DNA from: Bythopirellula sp. | GTDB lineage: Bacteria > Planctomycetota > Planctomycetia > Pirellulales > Lacipirellulaceae | Reading direction: 5' to 3' | Assembly: GCA_965216565.1 (NCBI GenBank) | Contig: OZ244170.1 | Location: 1,184,001 to 1,248,000, forward strand | Length of the DNA stretch: 64,000 nt | Shown: positions 18,669 through 28,059 of the stretch, piece after piece | Layout of the letters: every line of letters starts with the position of its first letter | Numbering within the stretch: position 1 is the stretch's first letter | The notes under the pieces: model-generated | The model's input: only the letters and a program-made list of their open reading frames with translations | The model's database searches: none | Told to the model about the DNA's origin: nothing | Position numbers and translations under genes: made by a program

Positions 18669-20012
18669 ATGAATGGCGTTTGCAAAGAGCATTTAGAGTC
18701 GAACGCTGCGGCTCCCTTTGACACTCTGACTGGTCTCCCCGATAGGTCAGCATTCCTAAGTGAACTTGAGGATGCTATAGAACAAGTGCGTTCATGTGAC
18801 GGTTCATTTATTGTATTGTTCATTAACCTAGACGGTTTCAGACCCGTCAACGAAAGCCTTGGCTATAAACTCGGTGACGAGCTGCTGCTTGAAGTAAGCC
18901 GTCGGCTCCGCTCCGCCGTGCGGCCACACGACGTAGTCGCTCACTTCGGGGCAGATGAGTTTATTATCCTTGCGAGAGACGTTGCTAGCCTGCCGCATGT
19001 CGACTCAGTCATCCAAAGGATTCAACAAACTATAGGTCGCCAGTACGACGTAGGTGGAAAACTACTCGCTTTTTCCGCCAGCATTGGCGTTGTGATTAGT
19101 TCGGAGAATTACAACACTCCAGACGAAATACTACGCGATGCTAGTATTGCAGTACACCGGGCGAAGTCACTGGGAAAAGCTAGACACCAAATCTTCGACG
19201 TTTCCATGCACCAGCACGCATTGCTGCGACTTGGACTTGAGGGCGACATCCGACGAGCTATTGATCAGGATGAGTTTGAGCTGTTCTATCAGCCGTTTAT
19301 ATCAATGGCAACAGAAGAAGTAATTGGTTTCGAGGCCCTCATTCGCTGGGACAGACCAGGAGTTGGTTTCGTTTCGCCCCAGAACTTTATTCCAGTCGCC
19401 GAAAAGAATGGTCTTATCGTACCTATTGGAAGCTGGGTGTTACGCCAGGGATGTAAGCAGCTCTGTCATTGGAAGAAGCAATTCCCCGACCTGGACCTCA
19501 GCATAGCGATTAACGTAGCCAGCTCACAGTTTTCGCAAGGGAATCTTGTTGGCGAAGTGTCCGACTTGCTGCAAGAATATCAGCTAGACGCCAGCAGCCT
19601 CAAATTAGAAATCACAGAAAGTGGGATTGTCGAAAACCCAATTGCAGCAGCAGATGTAATGCAAGCACTCAATCTTATGGGCATTCAACTCAGTATCGAC
19701 GACTTCGGGACTGGGTACTCATCATTGAGCCAGCTCTATCGTTTTCCGTTCGACATCCTGAAAATCGACCGGCTGTTTATCAACCAACTGTGTGACCGGG
19801 ATGACGATTCTACCGTCTTCGTCGAAGCAATCATTCTATTGGCAAAGAATTTGGGTATGCGAGTGGTCGCTGAAGGAATCGAGACGGATGAGCAGCTTCG
19901 CAAACTACAGCACATGGATTGCGATATCGGGCAAGGCTTCCTCTTCTCTAAGCCACTTTCGTGCGACAACGCGACGATATTGCTAGAGCGTAGTTGCACC
20001 GCCATGACCTGA
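18669..20012 (+). CDS. GGDEF-EAL protein, likely c-di-GMP phosphodiesterase (degenerate GGDEF)
   Basis: DTLTGLPDR, HFGADEF in place of RxGGDEF; intact EAL motifs EALIRW, LEITES, IDDFGTGYSSL, LKIDR, VVAEGIE, GQGF. Confidence 0.92.
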   Translation: MNGVCKEHLESNAAAPFDTLTGLPDRSAFLSELEDAIEQVRSCDGSFIVLFINLDGFRPVNESLGYKLGDELLLEVSRRLRSAVRPHDVVAHFGADEFIILARDVASLPHVDSVIQRIQQTIGRQYDVGGKLLAFSASIGVVISSENYNTPDEILRDASIAVHRAKSLGKARHQIFDVSMHQHALLRLGLEGDIRRAIDQDEFELFYQPFISMATEEVIGFEALIRWDRPGVGFVSPQNFIPVAEKNGLIVPIGSWVLRQGCKQLCHWKKQFPDLDLSIAINVASSQFSQGNLVGEVSDLLQEYQLDASSLKLEITESGIVENPIAAADVMQALNLMGIQLSIDDFGTGYSSLSQLYRFPFDILKIDRLFINQLCDRDDDSTVFVEAIILLAKNLGMRVVAEGIETDEQLRKLQHMDCDIGQGFLFSKPLSCDNATILLERSCTAMT

Positions 20013-20164
20013 CGCATTAGACATTTTGTTGCTCCTTATCGCCAAATGGAGGCTGCTAAGCACCGGCACGAGGCCCAATTCTCCAAGAATTTACATACCC
20101 ACTTGGTCCAGATTACAATTGAACTTAGTGTCGGGCTATTTGCGGGTGCCCCTGCTAGCTCGGC

Positions 20165-20203
20165 TGTCCGGGGGAGGTTTGTGCCGCCCCCGGACACTTT
20201 TTT
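20165..20203 (+). terminator. Intrinsic terminator downstream of the GGDEF-EAL gene, inside the transposon end
   Basis: TGTCCGGGGG...CCCCCGGACA stem followed by CTTTTTT. Confidence 0.7.
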
Positions 20204-20289
20204 CATTCGCGAATTGATTTTGAAAATATGGCTAGTCCGCACTGATTCAGAAGGGAAATAGTGTCCTGCGGACTCCCATTTGACCGGTC

Positions 20290-20329
20290 TGCTTAACGTG
20301 CAAAATTACACGAATGTGGGCGGTACCCT
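20290..20329 (-). repeat. Tn3-family terminal inverted repeat (cargo side)
   Basis: Exact reverse complement of 11912-11951. Confidence 0.97.
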
Positions 20330-20508
20330 CGGTCGAGCGAAAAGTCATGAAATCCCGCAACTTCCCCTCAACCGCAAACGAGGTAAGGAAATATGGATTG
20401 GCTCTCAGAGAATAGTAGAGCCGATTCTCTAGTGGCCAAGCCTTTCAAATGACGCAAAGCCAAAGCCTACCTGACAGATAGGTGAAAATGTTGTCTCGGT
20501 GCTGATAG

Positions 20509-21360
20509 CTAGGAGGTCGAATCACTCAGCGCTTGTTGGAGGTTATCGTAGCTTGTTCTGGCGATGGATTCTCCACTGGGCTCGTACTTGAAAACTTCGA
20601 CCGACACCCAGCCCTTGTAACGAATATCCTCCAGTGCATCCATTGTTGGTTGCAGTTCCACCTCGCCCATGCCAGGGCCCAAAAGGTTTGGGTCGTTCGC
20701 GTGGAAGTGACAGACAGTCTCGGCATTGGCTCGGATGATCTCGGGAATGGGTGTGCTCTCGCTTGCCATGGCTTTCACGTCCAAGTGAAGTTGGCAGGCG
20801 GGAGAATCTACACGCATAATCAAGTCAACCGCCGAGGCTGCGGTGTTCAGGAAATTACCCTCAGCCGGGCCGAGTGGTTCGAGCGCCAGACGAATGTTGT
20901 GATCTTCCAGCCAAGGGGTGACTGAACGAATGACTTCAGCCGCGTGCTCTGCGCCTTGTTCGTGCGTCATGCCGGTGGGCAGGTTTCGTTGTTGGGGAGA
21001 ACCTAGTACGAGAATCGACCCTCCCAATTCGCCGCAAAGCTTTCCCAGGGCCAGCAGATACTCGCCGGTACTTTTTCTGATCGCAGAATCGGGACTGGTA
21101 AGGTGAAACCCTTCGGTCTTGGCAAATAGCCAATGCAAGCCAACAACTTCCAGGCCAGCCGCGTCCACCTGCGCCTTGATCGAGTTTCTTCTCTCGGTGG
21201 AAAGTTCCCTGACGTCGGCCAGGGGGTTCTCTCCGCACAAGCCGTCTCCCAACGTGAAGGGGGCCAATTCGATACCCGTATAGCCGATATTGGCTGCCAA
21301 GTGGAAGCCGTCTTCGAGAGACAACTCGCCAAAAGTTTCATTGCAAATTGCTAGACGCAT
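20509..21360 (-). CDS. Sugar phosphate isomerase/epimerase (xylose isomerase-like TIM barrel, D-tagatose 3-epimerase-like)
   Basis: GYTGIELAP, LALEPL, LHLDVKAM, HFHAND, WVSVEVF. Confidence 0.88.
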   Translation of the reverse strand: MRLAICNETFGELSLEDGFHLAANIGYTGIELAPFTLGDGLCGENPLADVRELSTERRNSIKAQVDAAGLEVVGLHWLFAKTEGFHLTSPDSAIRKSTGEYLLALGKLCGELGGSILVLGSPQQRNLPTGMTHEQGAEHAAEVIRSVTPWLEDHNIRLALEPLGPAEGNFLNTAASAVDLIMRVDSPACQLHLDVKAMASESTPIPEIIRANAETVCHFHANDPNLLGPGMGEVELQPTMDALEDIRYKGWVSVEVFKYEPSGESIARTSYDNLQQALSDSTS

Positions 21361-21584
21361 CTCAGCTCCTCAAACCTATGGTGTGTGTCACTACACTCTC
21401 GCCGAATTGGCCTTGTTGGTCTAGCGGGAGATCTCACAAAAATTACGAAGGCAGGTCGTGCGGGAACTCGGCAGCTTGTTGTACAATAACTCTTCTACCA
21501 CGAGAGCCGCATTAGCCGCAGAACACTTATGCCAGTCTCTGAGGAATTGGTAGTTCACGTTTGCGAGAAATGGGAAGTAAGAAC

Positions 21585-22469
21585 ATGAAGCTAGGTCTTT
21601 TTTCCGTAAGTTACGCCGGCTATTGGGGGCAGCAGAAGCTCGAATTGCCGGATTTCATTAGCACCGCTGCTGAGCAAGGTTACGACTGTGTGATGCTGGC
21701 CGGCAAGCGACCACATCTTTCGCCTTTGGACGCTGACGAAGAAAAACTCGCCTCGGTCAAGCAGGCACTCTCTGAGCACGACATCTCCTGCGGCGTCATT
21801 GCTGGGTATACCGATCTGTCGCCGACCGCGGCGGTCGAGGTGCCGTACTTGGAAATGCAGATCGCCTATGTCGAATCGCTTGCGCGGATCGCCGCGGAAC
21901 TGGGTGCCGGAGTGGTGCGTGTCTTCACAGCGTACGAAGCGGAGGGCCATTCACCCCAGGCGGTCTGGAATGGGGTGATCTCGTCACTTCGCGAAATGAG
22001 CGATCGGGCCGCCGATCACGGCGTGACCCTGGCGGTGCAAAATCACCACGATGTGGGCGTTCACACCGATGTTCTCATGGAATTGCTCCACGACATCGAC
22101 CGATCCAATTGCAAGCTGGGATTCGATGCCTGGTCTCCGGCTTTGCGTGGTGAAGACCTGTACGAATGTGCCAAGAAGATGGCACCGCATACGATCATCA
22201 CCACAAGTGCAGACTACATCCGTATGCCGCGCTTCCAATATCGGCCCGAGCTCATCAATTACGAACGGGCGCTACCCGATTCGGTGCGGGCCGTGAAATT
22301 TGGCGAGGGATTTATCGATTACGCAGCTTTCTTCCAAGGATTGAAAGAGGGCGGCTTCGACGGCATCGCCAATTATGAAATGTGTTCACCCATTCGGGGT
22401 GGCGGGGCGATTGAAAATCTTAAAGCTTACTCTAAGCACTATGTCGACTGGATGCAGTCGAATGCCTAG
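21585..22469 (+). CDS. Sugar phosphate isomerase/epimerase family TIM-barrel protein
   Basis: VVRVFTA, TLAVQNHHD, KLGFDAW, GEGFIDY, ANYEMC. Confidence 0.85.
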   Translation: MKLGLFSVSYAGYWGQQKLELPDFISTAAEQGYDCVMLAGKRPHLSPLDADEEKLASVKQALSEHDISCGVIAGYTDLSPTAAVEVPYLEMQIAYVESLARIAAELGAGVVRVFTAYEAEGHSPQAVWNGVISSLREMSDRAADHGVTLAVQNHHDVGVHTDVLMELLHDIDRSNCKLGFDAWSPALRGEDLYECAKKMAPHTIITTSADYIRMPRFQYRPELINYERALPDSVRAVKFGEGFIDYAAFFQGLKEGGFDGIANYEMCSPIRGGGAIENLKAYSKHYVDWMQSNA

Positions 22470-22486
22470 AAGCAGCTTCAAATTAA

Positions 22487-22565
22487 TGAGCCGAACGCGC
22501 TAGCGTCGGATAGCGCTAGAGTAAGACTTCGACTTACGCTACCCGCGGCTAGCGCCGTCGGCTCA
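22487..22565. repeat. REP-like palindromic element between convergent genes
   Basis: Nested inverted repeats TGAGCCGA/TCGGCTCA, GCGCTAGC/GCTAGCGC, TAGCG/CGCTA, GTAAG/CTTAC. Confidence 0.75.
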
Positions 22566-22597
22566 CATGGGTCAGTTTTCGGTTTTTGAAACTGGCT

Positions 22598-23512
22598 TTA
22601 AGCGAATGCCTCGCGAATCTGAGCGAGATATTTGGGGCATTCCACCCGGGGGTCTTTCGATTCTTCGTACTCCAGCACGATATAGCCCCGGTATCCTGAG
22701 TCGCGAAGAATTTCCGCCAACCGCGGGAAGTCGCTGGGGTGTTTATTCTCTTGCGGGTCGGTTGTGACAACTTTCACCTGGACGTTCAATGCGTAGGGGG
22801 CAATCTTCGCCAGGTCGCCGTAGGGGTCGTCGGACGGGAAGTTGCCGCTATCTAAATTGACTCCGAACCAGGGGCTCTGCACGTCGCGTACGAAGGCCAG
22901 CAAACCGTCTGCCGTTGATGTCGGCCCGCCGTGGTTTTCCAGAGCCAGATGGACGCCATGTTGGCCAGCGTAGTCGCAAACTTCCTCGAACCCTTCGACC
23001 ATGAGTTTATGCGTTTGCTCCGCAGAGATGCCTTCCTGCTGATACCCGGCAAAAATGCGGATCACCGGGGCGCCGAGGATTTCTGCGTTCTCGATCCATT
23101 TTTTCACCCAGTCAATTTCCTTTTGTCTCTTCTCGCCAGCCGGGTAGCCAAACTCATTGCGGATCGCTGTGCCGGAAACGTCTAGCCCCAACGTGAAGCA
23201 TTGCTGCTTGAGTTTTCGCAGATATTCCTCTGTGGTTGGCTGCGGGAAGTAGTAGGAAGTAGGTTCGGTACCCTCAAGCCCCATCTCGGCGCAGTCGTCG
23301 ACGAAGTCCGCCATTGTGAGTTCCGGAGGATCGCCCGTGAGCAAGTCACGATAGCTATACGCCGCAAGGCTGAACTTAAACTTCGGCGTCCCATTGCGTT
23401 TAATCGGCTCAATCGCCGAGGCCATGCTTGGAAAATTGCTCAGGGCAGCGGCGGCCAGGGTGGCTTGCGTGCCTGTCTGGAGGAATCGGCGGCGGTCGAT
23501 GGAGTGGGGCAT
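22598..23512 (-). CDS. Tat-exported sugar phosphate isomerase/epimerase family protein
   Basis: Twin-arginine signal DRRRFLQTG; APVIRIFAG, LALENHGG, VNLDSGNF, YIVLEYE; AAGGA upstream of ATG 23512. Confidence 0.88.
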   Translation of the reverse strand: MPHSIDRRRFLQTGTQATLAAAALSNFPSMASAIEPIKRNGTPKFKFSLAAYSYRDLLTGDPPELTMADFVDDCAEMGLEGTEPTSYYFPQPTTEEYLRKLKQQCFTLGLDVSGTAIRNEFGYPAGEKRQKEIDWVKKWIENAEILGAPVIRIFAGYQQEGISAEQTHKLMVEGFEEVCDYAGQHGVHLALENHGGPTSTADGLLAFVRDVQSPWFGVNLDSGNFPSDDPYGDLAKIAPYALNVQVKVVTTDPQENKHPSDFPRLAEILRDSGYRGYIVLEYEESKDPRVECPKYLAQIREAFA

Positions 23513-23653
23513 GTTGTCATTCCTTGGAATGTGCTGACGGCGATTAGTTGTCGACTTTCGTTCGCTGGTCATTTTGGCTGAGCCGCGAGTAGTATGCAAC
23601 CATTGGGAACAGTCATTGAATGAGCAGCGGACTCGCCAGTGACCGGGCCACGG

Positions 23654-25849
23654 TTACGCACCGATGCTGGTCACCAACATCGCCAGACCGATAATGCCAA
23701 AGCAGGCAGCGACACTAATCACAAAGCCTACAACGTCAGCGCGACTTGGCTTTTGGACTTCTAGGCTAGAGTTCGGCCACAGTTTACGGTCGTTATAGCG
23801 GTCGGGCTGTTCGTAGGATCGCTCAAGCTCCGCAGCGTCCTGCTCGGCGTCGCCATGCACTGGTGTTTTCATCTTCGCGTAGTAACGGTCCAGCGCCGCC
23901 TTGCTGTTCCGCGGAGTGAACCAACTGACGACGATCATCACCAGAAAAGGCACGATGATCTTAGGTGGCAAATCGAGTGTCCGCAGCGTCGAATCGGAAT
24001 ACTCACTGAGATCAATGCCTAGCAGCTTGTAGAGCAAGAAATCAAACTTAAACTGTCCCGTACCTTGTAGGCGCTGAGCAGGTTCGTAGCGTTTGATTAC
24101 TTGTGTTGTGTTTTCGTCGAGTTGGCTAGGGGTACCTACCGGCTGTGGGGCGACGTCCGGGAGCACATTGCCTTGATCGTCGATGGGCACTGCCGGACCG
24201 GTCCAAAAGATTGATTGGCCGCCGGTCCGCTTCGTTTCGGAGAGTGAATCACCGATTGCTATAGGTTGAGGACGCGGGCCGAGCTGCTGGTTGGTCTCTT
24301 CGTCTTGTTCCAGTGCCGCCTGGGCTTCATCCCACACAGTGATGGCTGCGTTCCTGCGGGCAACATCTGCCGGCGCTGCCAGGTGTGTAGTTGTCGTTTC
24401 CACAACTGGGGTGACTTGGGTAAGCGTCTGATTTGTGTCGAGTTCGTCAATGACAATTGGTGCAATGAGCGGTATGAGAAAGAACGCCAGAGCACAGAAT
24501 AGGATTGTTGTCCACGCACCCGCAGTGGTTGCGCGACGCCAATACATCCCAATCCAAAACGGGGCGGCGATTGGCGCGAGCACAATCCACGTGAGCTGAA
24601 GCTGCGCGAATACGTCCATGATCGAAAGCGATATAAGAACGGAACCGCCCACAATCAGGATGCCCGTTAGTCGCGCAACCAGTAAGCACTGCCTCTCGGT
24701 TGCGTCGGGGCGGAAGAACGCCACGTAGATGTTGCGCACGACCAAGGCCGAGCCCACAATCATGTAGACATCAATCGAACTCATCAGGGCTGCCAGCAAG
24801 CAAGCCAGCATCAGTCCACTGAGCCCTGGGCCAAGTAGCTCTCGCGAGGCGATTCCCCACGTTCTGTCGGGATCTTCGGCCAATTCTGGGCTGTCTGCGT
24901 ACAGGGCTAAGACAATCAGTGCAGTGAGTACCCAGCCGATAGTGCAAAACCGTTTCAAAAAGTTCCCGACGACCAAACCATAGCGGGCACTATTTTCGTC
25001 CTTGGCCGAACCCCCACCGGTTAGAATAAAATGGGGCTGCACAACGATTGTGATCAAGTTTATAAGGACAACGGCCACGATAAAGTGCAGTGGGAATTCG
25101 CTGGTGCTCGTGGATCCGACGACGGAGAAATACTCGGGAGGGACCTGTTCGTGCATGATGCGAAAACCGTCGAGCATGCCCATTGTCGCTGGGTCACCAA
25201 ACTTCTCGACCAATGCCGATAACCCAAACGGAATCAAAAGGAGCGAAAGCAGGATGATGCATAGCCCTTGAATAAGATCGGTCCAATAAGCGGCTCGCAG
25301 TCCACCCGCAGTACCATAGATAAGAACAATGATGCCAATAATGGGAACGAGCAGGTATTCGATACCGATAGTTTGCGCACCCAGCTCGAAGGTGCCGGTG
25401 CCTACTAGTGGTGCGGCGACTTTGCCGATGGCAGAGAACATCATCGACCCGTAGACGGTCATGAAGAAGATCCCGAACAGGGCGTAAACAGCTCCGAGCT
25501 TTCGTGATTCGTAGCGTTCGGCAAACCAATCGCCGAGAGTGGTGAGACGCATGCGTCGGTACCAAACAGCAGTGATCCAGTAAAATGGCGTGACGAAGAG
25601 CCAATACATGACACTCCACATGCCGCTCATGCCGCTGGTGAAAGTCGTGCGTCCTGTGTTTACCGGGTCGCTGGAACCGGTGCCCGCCCCGAATGCGGCA
25701 AACGTCTGAAGCAATTTGCCGAATCCACGGCTGCCTAAGAAGTACTCGTCCTGTCCTTTCACTCCGCGCATGCAGACGAAGCCGATGGACGCCATCAGCA
25801 GGAAGTAAACCGCGAGTACGATGTAATCCAATAAGACCATACTGTTCAC
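23654..25849 (-). CDS. Sodium:solute symporter family protein
   Basis: LDYIVLAVYF..EYFLGSR, GGLRAAYWTDLIQG, LAALMSSID; many TM helices and a long soluble insertion before the last helices. Confidence 0.92.
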   Translation of the reverse strand: MNSMVLLDYIVLAVYFLLMASIGFVCMRGVKGQDEYFLGSRGFGKLLQTFAAFGAGTGSSDPVNTGRTTFTSGMSGMWSVMYWLFVTPFYWITAVWYRRMRLTTLGDWFAERYESRKLGAVYALFGIFFMTVYGSMMFSAIGKVAAPLVGTGTFELGAQTIGIEYLLVPIIGIIVLIYGTAGGLRAAYWTDLIQGLCIILLSLLLIPFGLSALVEKFGDPATMGMLDGFRIMHEQVPPEYFSVVGSTSTSEFPLHFIVAVVLINLITIVVQPHFILTGGGSAKDENSARYGLVVGNFLKRFCTIGWVLTALIVLALYADSPELAEDPDRTWGIASRELLGPGLSGLMLACLLAALMSSIDVYMIVGSALVVRNIYVAFFRPDATERQCLLVARLTGILIVGGSVLISLSIMDVFAQLQLTWIVLAPIAAPFWIGMYWRRATTAGAWTTILFCALAFFLIPLIAPIVIDELDTNQTLTQVTPVVETTTTHLAAPADVARRNAAITVWDEAQAALEQDEETNQQLGPRPQPIAIGDSLSETKRTGGQSIFWTGPAVPIDDQGNVLPDVAPQPVGTPSQLDENTTQVIKRYEPAQRLQGTGQFKFDFLLYKLLGIDLSEYSDSTLRTLDLPPKIIVPFLVMIVVSWFTPRNSKAALDRYYAKMKTPVHGDAEQDAAELERSYEQPDRYNDRKLWPNSSLEVQKPSRADVVGFVISVAACFGIIGLAMLVTSIGA

Positions 25850-26787
25850 TTGATTCCTAGGATTGAACTCGGACCAATGGCCGTGAGCTGATGCACGTCT
25901 TCATCAGGCAGGTTGAGATGTCGGGAGAGGTTCTCTGCCATTTGCGGCAATGAGGTAGCTGAACCGACGAAGTGCGACCCTTTGGTCGAGCGTGGGACAC
26001 GATCCTCGCCAACAATTGCTTCTTGTCCCGCCACCTTGTAACGACCAGGCCCCAATCCCGCTGCGGAGATTGCATCGCTCACCACGACGCAGCGATCCAT
26101 GCCCGCGGCACGAAGGTAGTTTCGCAATGCGGGATAGGGTACGTGTGCGCCGTCGGCGATAAAACTAATCCAGAGGTTGTCGGAGAGGCTCAAGACCCGT
26201 TCGATAATGTTGTCGTGCCTAGTGATTTGATGGGGGCAGCCATTCCCCAGATGTGTGAACATCGTTAGCCCGGCATCGACTGCCGCGTTCAGTTCATTAA
26301 GACTAGGATTGCAATGGCCGGCAGAAACGGTAATTCCCTGATCGGCCAGAAATCGCGTGACGCGCAACTCTACGTCGAGTTCCGGAGCAAGCGTGACAAT
26401 TCGCGTCAGCCCGTCGGCTGCTTCCAGCAATCGCTCAGCAGCTGAGACATTCGGCGGCGTAACGCAATCTGCGGGATGGGCCCCGACATAGCCGGGCTCC
26501 GCACTGATAAATGGTCCTTCGATGTGGATGCCGAGAATCATTTCCTGCAACAGCGGATCGGACTTTCGTACCTCTACCAAGCGAGACAACCGACTAGCCA
26601 TGACTTCCAGCTCGTCGGTGATCACAGTCGGCAGGAAACCGGCAACACCTTCCTCCCGCAGACGCTGGCACACGCCGAGCATGTCTTCGGTCGTTAGTTC
26701 GTTGCCGTTGAAGTCTATGCCGGCGTAGCCGTTGAGTTGAAGATCGACAAAACCGTTGCCCGTTGGTGATGGCCGATCATTAGGCAT
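25846..26787 (-). CDS. nagA: N-acetylglucosamine-6-phosphate deacetylase
   Basis: GFVDLQLNGYAG, GIHIEGPFIS, VTLAPE, SAGH, FTHLGNG, IADGAHV, VSDA. Confidence 0.9.
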   Translation of the reverse strand: MPNDRPSPTGNGFVDLQLNGYAGIDFNGNELTTEDMLGVCQRLREEGVAGFLPTVITDELEVMASRLSRLVEVRKSDPLLQEMILGIHIEGPFISAEPGYVGAHPADCVTPPNVSAAERLLEAADGLTRIVTLAPELDVELRVTRFLADQGITVSAGHCNPSLNELNAAVDAGLTMFTHLGNGCPHQITRHDNIIERVLSLSDNLWISFIADGAHVPYPALRNYLRAAGMDRCVVVSDAISAAGLGPGRYKVAGQEAIVGEDRVPRSTKGSHFVGSATSLPQMAENLSRHLNLPDEDVHQLTAIGPSSILGIK

Positions 26788-26800
26788 GCGAGAACTATTC

Positions 26801-27550
26801 CTAACTTTGCTGTTCGCTTTGCAGCAGAGAGGCGGACTGCTTGTCGAGAACCAACGTGGTGCGCGGATGTTCCTGCAGAATCGAGGCAGGAACTTTCGGC
26901 GTTACGGGACCTTCAATTGCAGCTTGCACAGCCTCGGCCTTGCGGCGATCGGGTACTGTGCAAACGATCTCCGCTGATTTCATAATCTGCCGAACCGACA
27001 TGCTGATGGCACGCGTTGGAACATCGTCGAACGATGCGAACCAACCTTCGCCAAACTGTTGCTGACGACAGGCGTCGTCCAGCTCAACGATTAGATAGGG
27101 ATCTTCGGTCTCGAAATCTGCCGGTGGATCGTTGAACGCAATATGACCATTCTCTCCGATGCCGATGCAGGCGACAGCAATGGGATGCTCAGCGATAAGC
27201 TTACCGAGTCGATCGCATTCGGCAGCGGGATCGGCACTATCACCCTGCACCCAATGAAACGTCTTGAGGCCGTCGACTTGATCGCAGAACCGTTCTTTCA
27301 GGTAGCGTCGGAAACTCGCAGGATGGGTATCGGAGAGGCCCAGGTATTCGTCTAGATGGAAACAGGTGACGCGGCCCCAATCGACGTCAATTTGAACTAG
27401 TTCATTCAGCATCTCGAACTGGCTTGCCCCGGTGGCGAGGATGATTTTCGCCTCGCGGCCATCAGAGAGTGCTTTGTCCAAGGCGTCGGCCGCACAGGCG
27501 GCGGCCTTGCGGCCTAACTGTTCTTTGTCGTTTTCAACACAGATTTCCAT
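26801..27550 (-). CDS. nagB: Glucosamine-6-phosphate deaminase
   Basis: [40 protein letters not shown]. Confidence 0.9.
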   Translation of the reverse strand: MEICVENDKEQLGRKAAACAADALDKALSDGREAKIILATGASQFEMLNELVQIDVDWGRVTCFHLDEYLGLSDTHPASFRRYLKERFCDQVDGLKTFHWVQGDSADPAAECDRLGKLIAEHPIAVACIGIGENGHIAFNDPPADFETEDPYLIVELDDACRQQQFGEGWFASFDDVPTRAISMSVRQIMKSAEIVCTVPDRRKAEAVQAAIEGPVTPKVPASILQEHPRTTLVLDKQSASLLQSEQQS

Positions 27551-27657
27551 GATTGGATTCTACGGAGTTTGGGTGGGGATGAGGCCTTAATTCGGCAAAC
27601 AAACTTTGACTGAGGTTGTCGGGGAGTTTTTAAACGGTGACCACAGACGCGAAGCTT

Positions 27658-27720
27658 GCTGTCAAGCTGAGGTCCCCCGAAGGCCTAGCCAGAATCCTCG
27701 GCGGACCTCGGAATGACAGC
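27658..27720. repeat. Palindromic stem-loop element in the nagB / DUF1553 divergent intergenic region
   Basis: GCTGTCA/TGACAGC, GAGGTCC/GGACCTC and CCGA(A)GG/CCTCGG nested arms. Confidence 0.7.
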
Positions 27721-28059
27721 TACTGACTTAGCAGTGGCAATCTGCTGTGACAATCTATCGAAGTTTCCGGACGCGTTCAATTTACTTCATGGAAATCTTA
27801 GCGGAGATGTGATCTATCTCCAAGTACGCGAAGCTTCTAAATCAGGCAGGTAGCGGAACCGAGGTCTTGGGCGAAGTGCGATAGTAGATTGATGTGGCTA
27901 ATCCCTCTCAAGGTTGTATGTCAACACGCAGCTACGTAGAATTGGATAGAGTATCCCCAGTTCGCCGAAGCAAGTGCATTCGATGCTTTTGCAGATTTCG
28001 AACTAGTCGACTGTGTCAGCGGAATAGAGTTGCCGCTACCATACTTTTCGAGCTGAGCC

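Larger units (their letters stand above)
11912..20329. mobile_element. Complete Tn3-family transposon (8418 bp) with cargo
   Basis: 40-bp perfect terminal inverted repeats, 5-bp direct repeat CGGTC at 11907-11911 and 20330-20334, divergent tnpA and tnpR with res palindromes between them. Confidence 0.97.

Noticed and set aside
20430..20485. GACGCAAAGCC resembles the c-di-GMP-I riboswitch junction, near the EAL gene
   Set aside because: No upstream GGCAAAC stem with GAAA tetraloop, no matching second stem, and no downstream gene on that strand.
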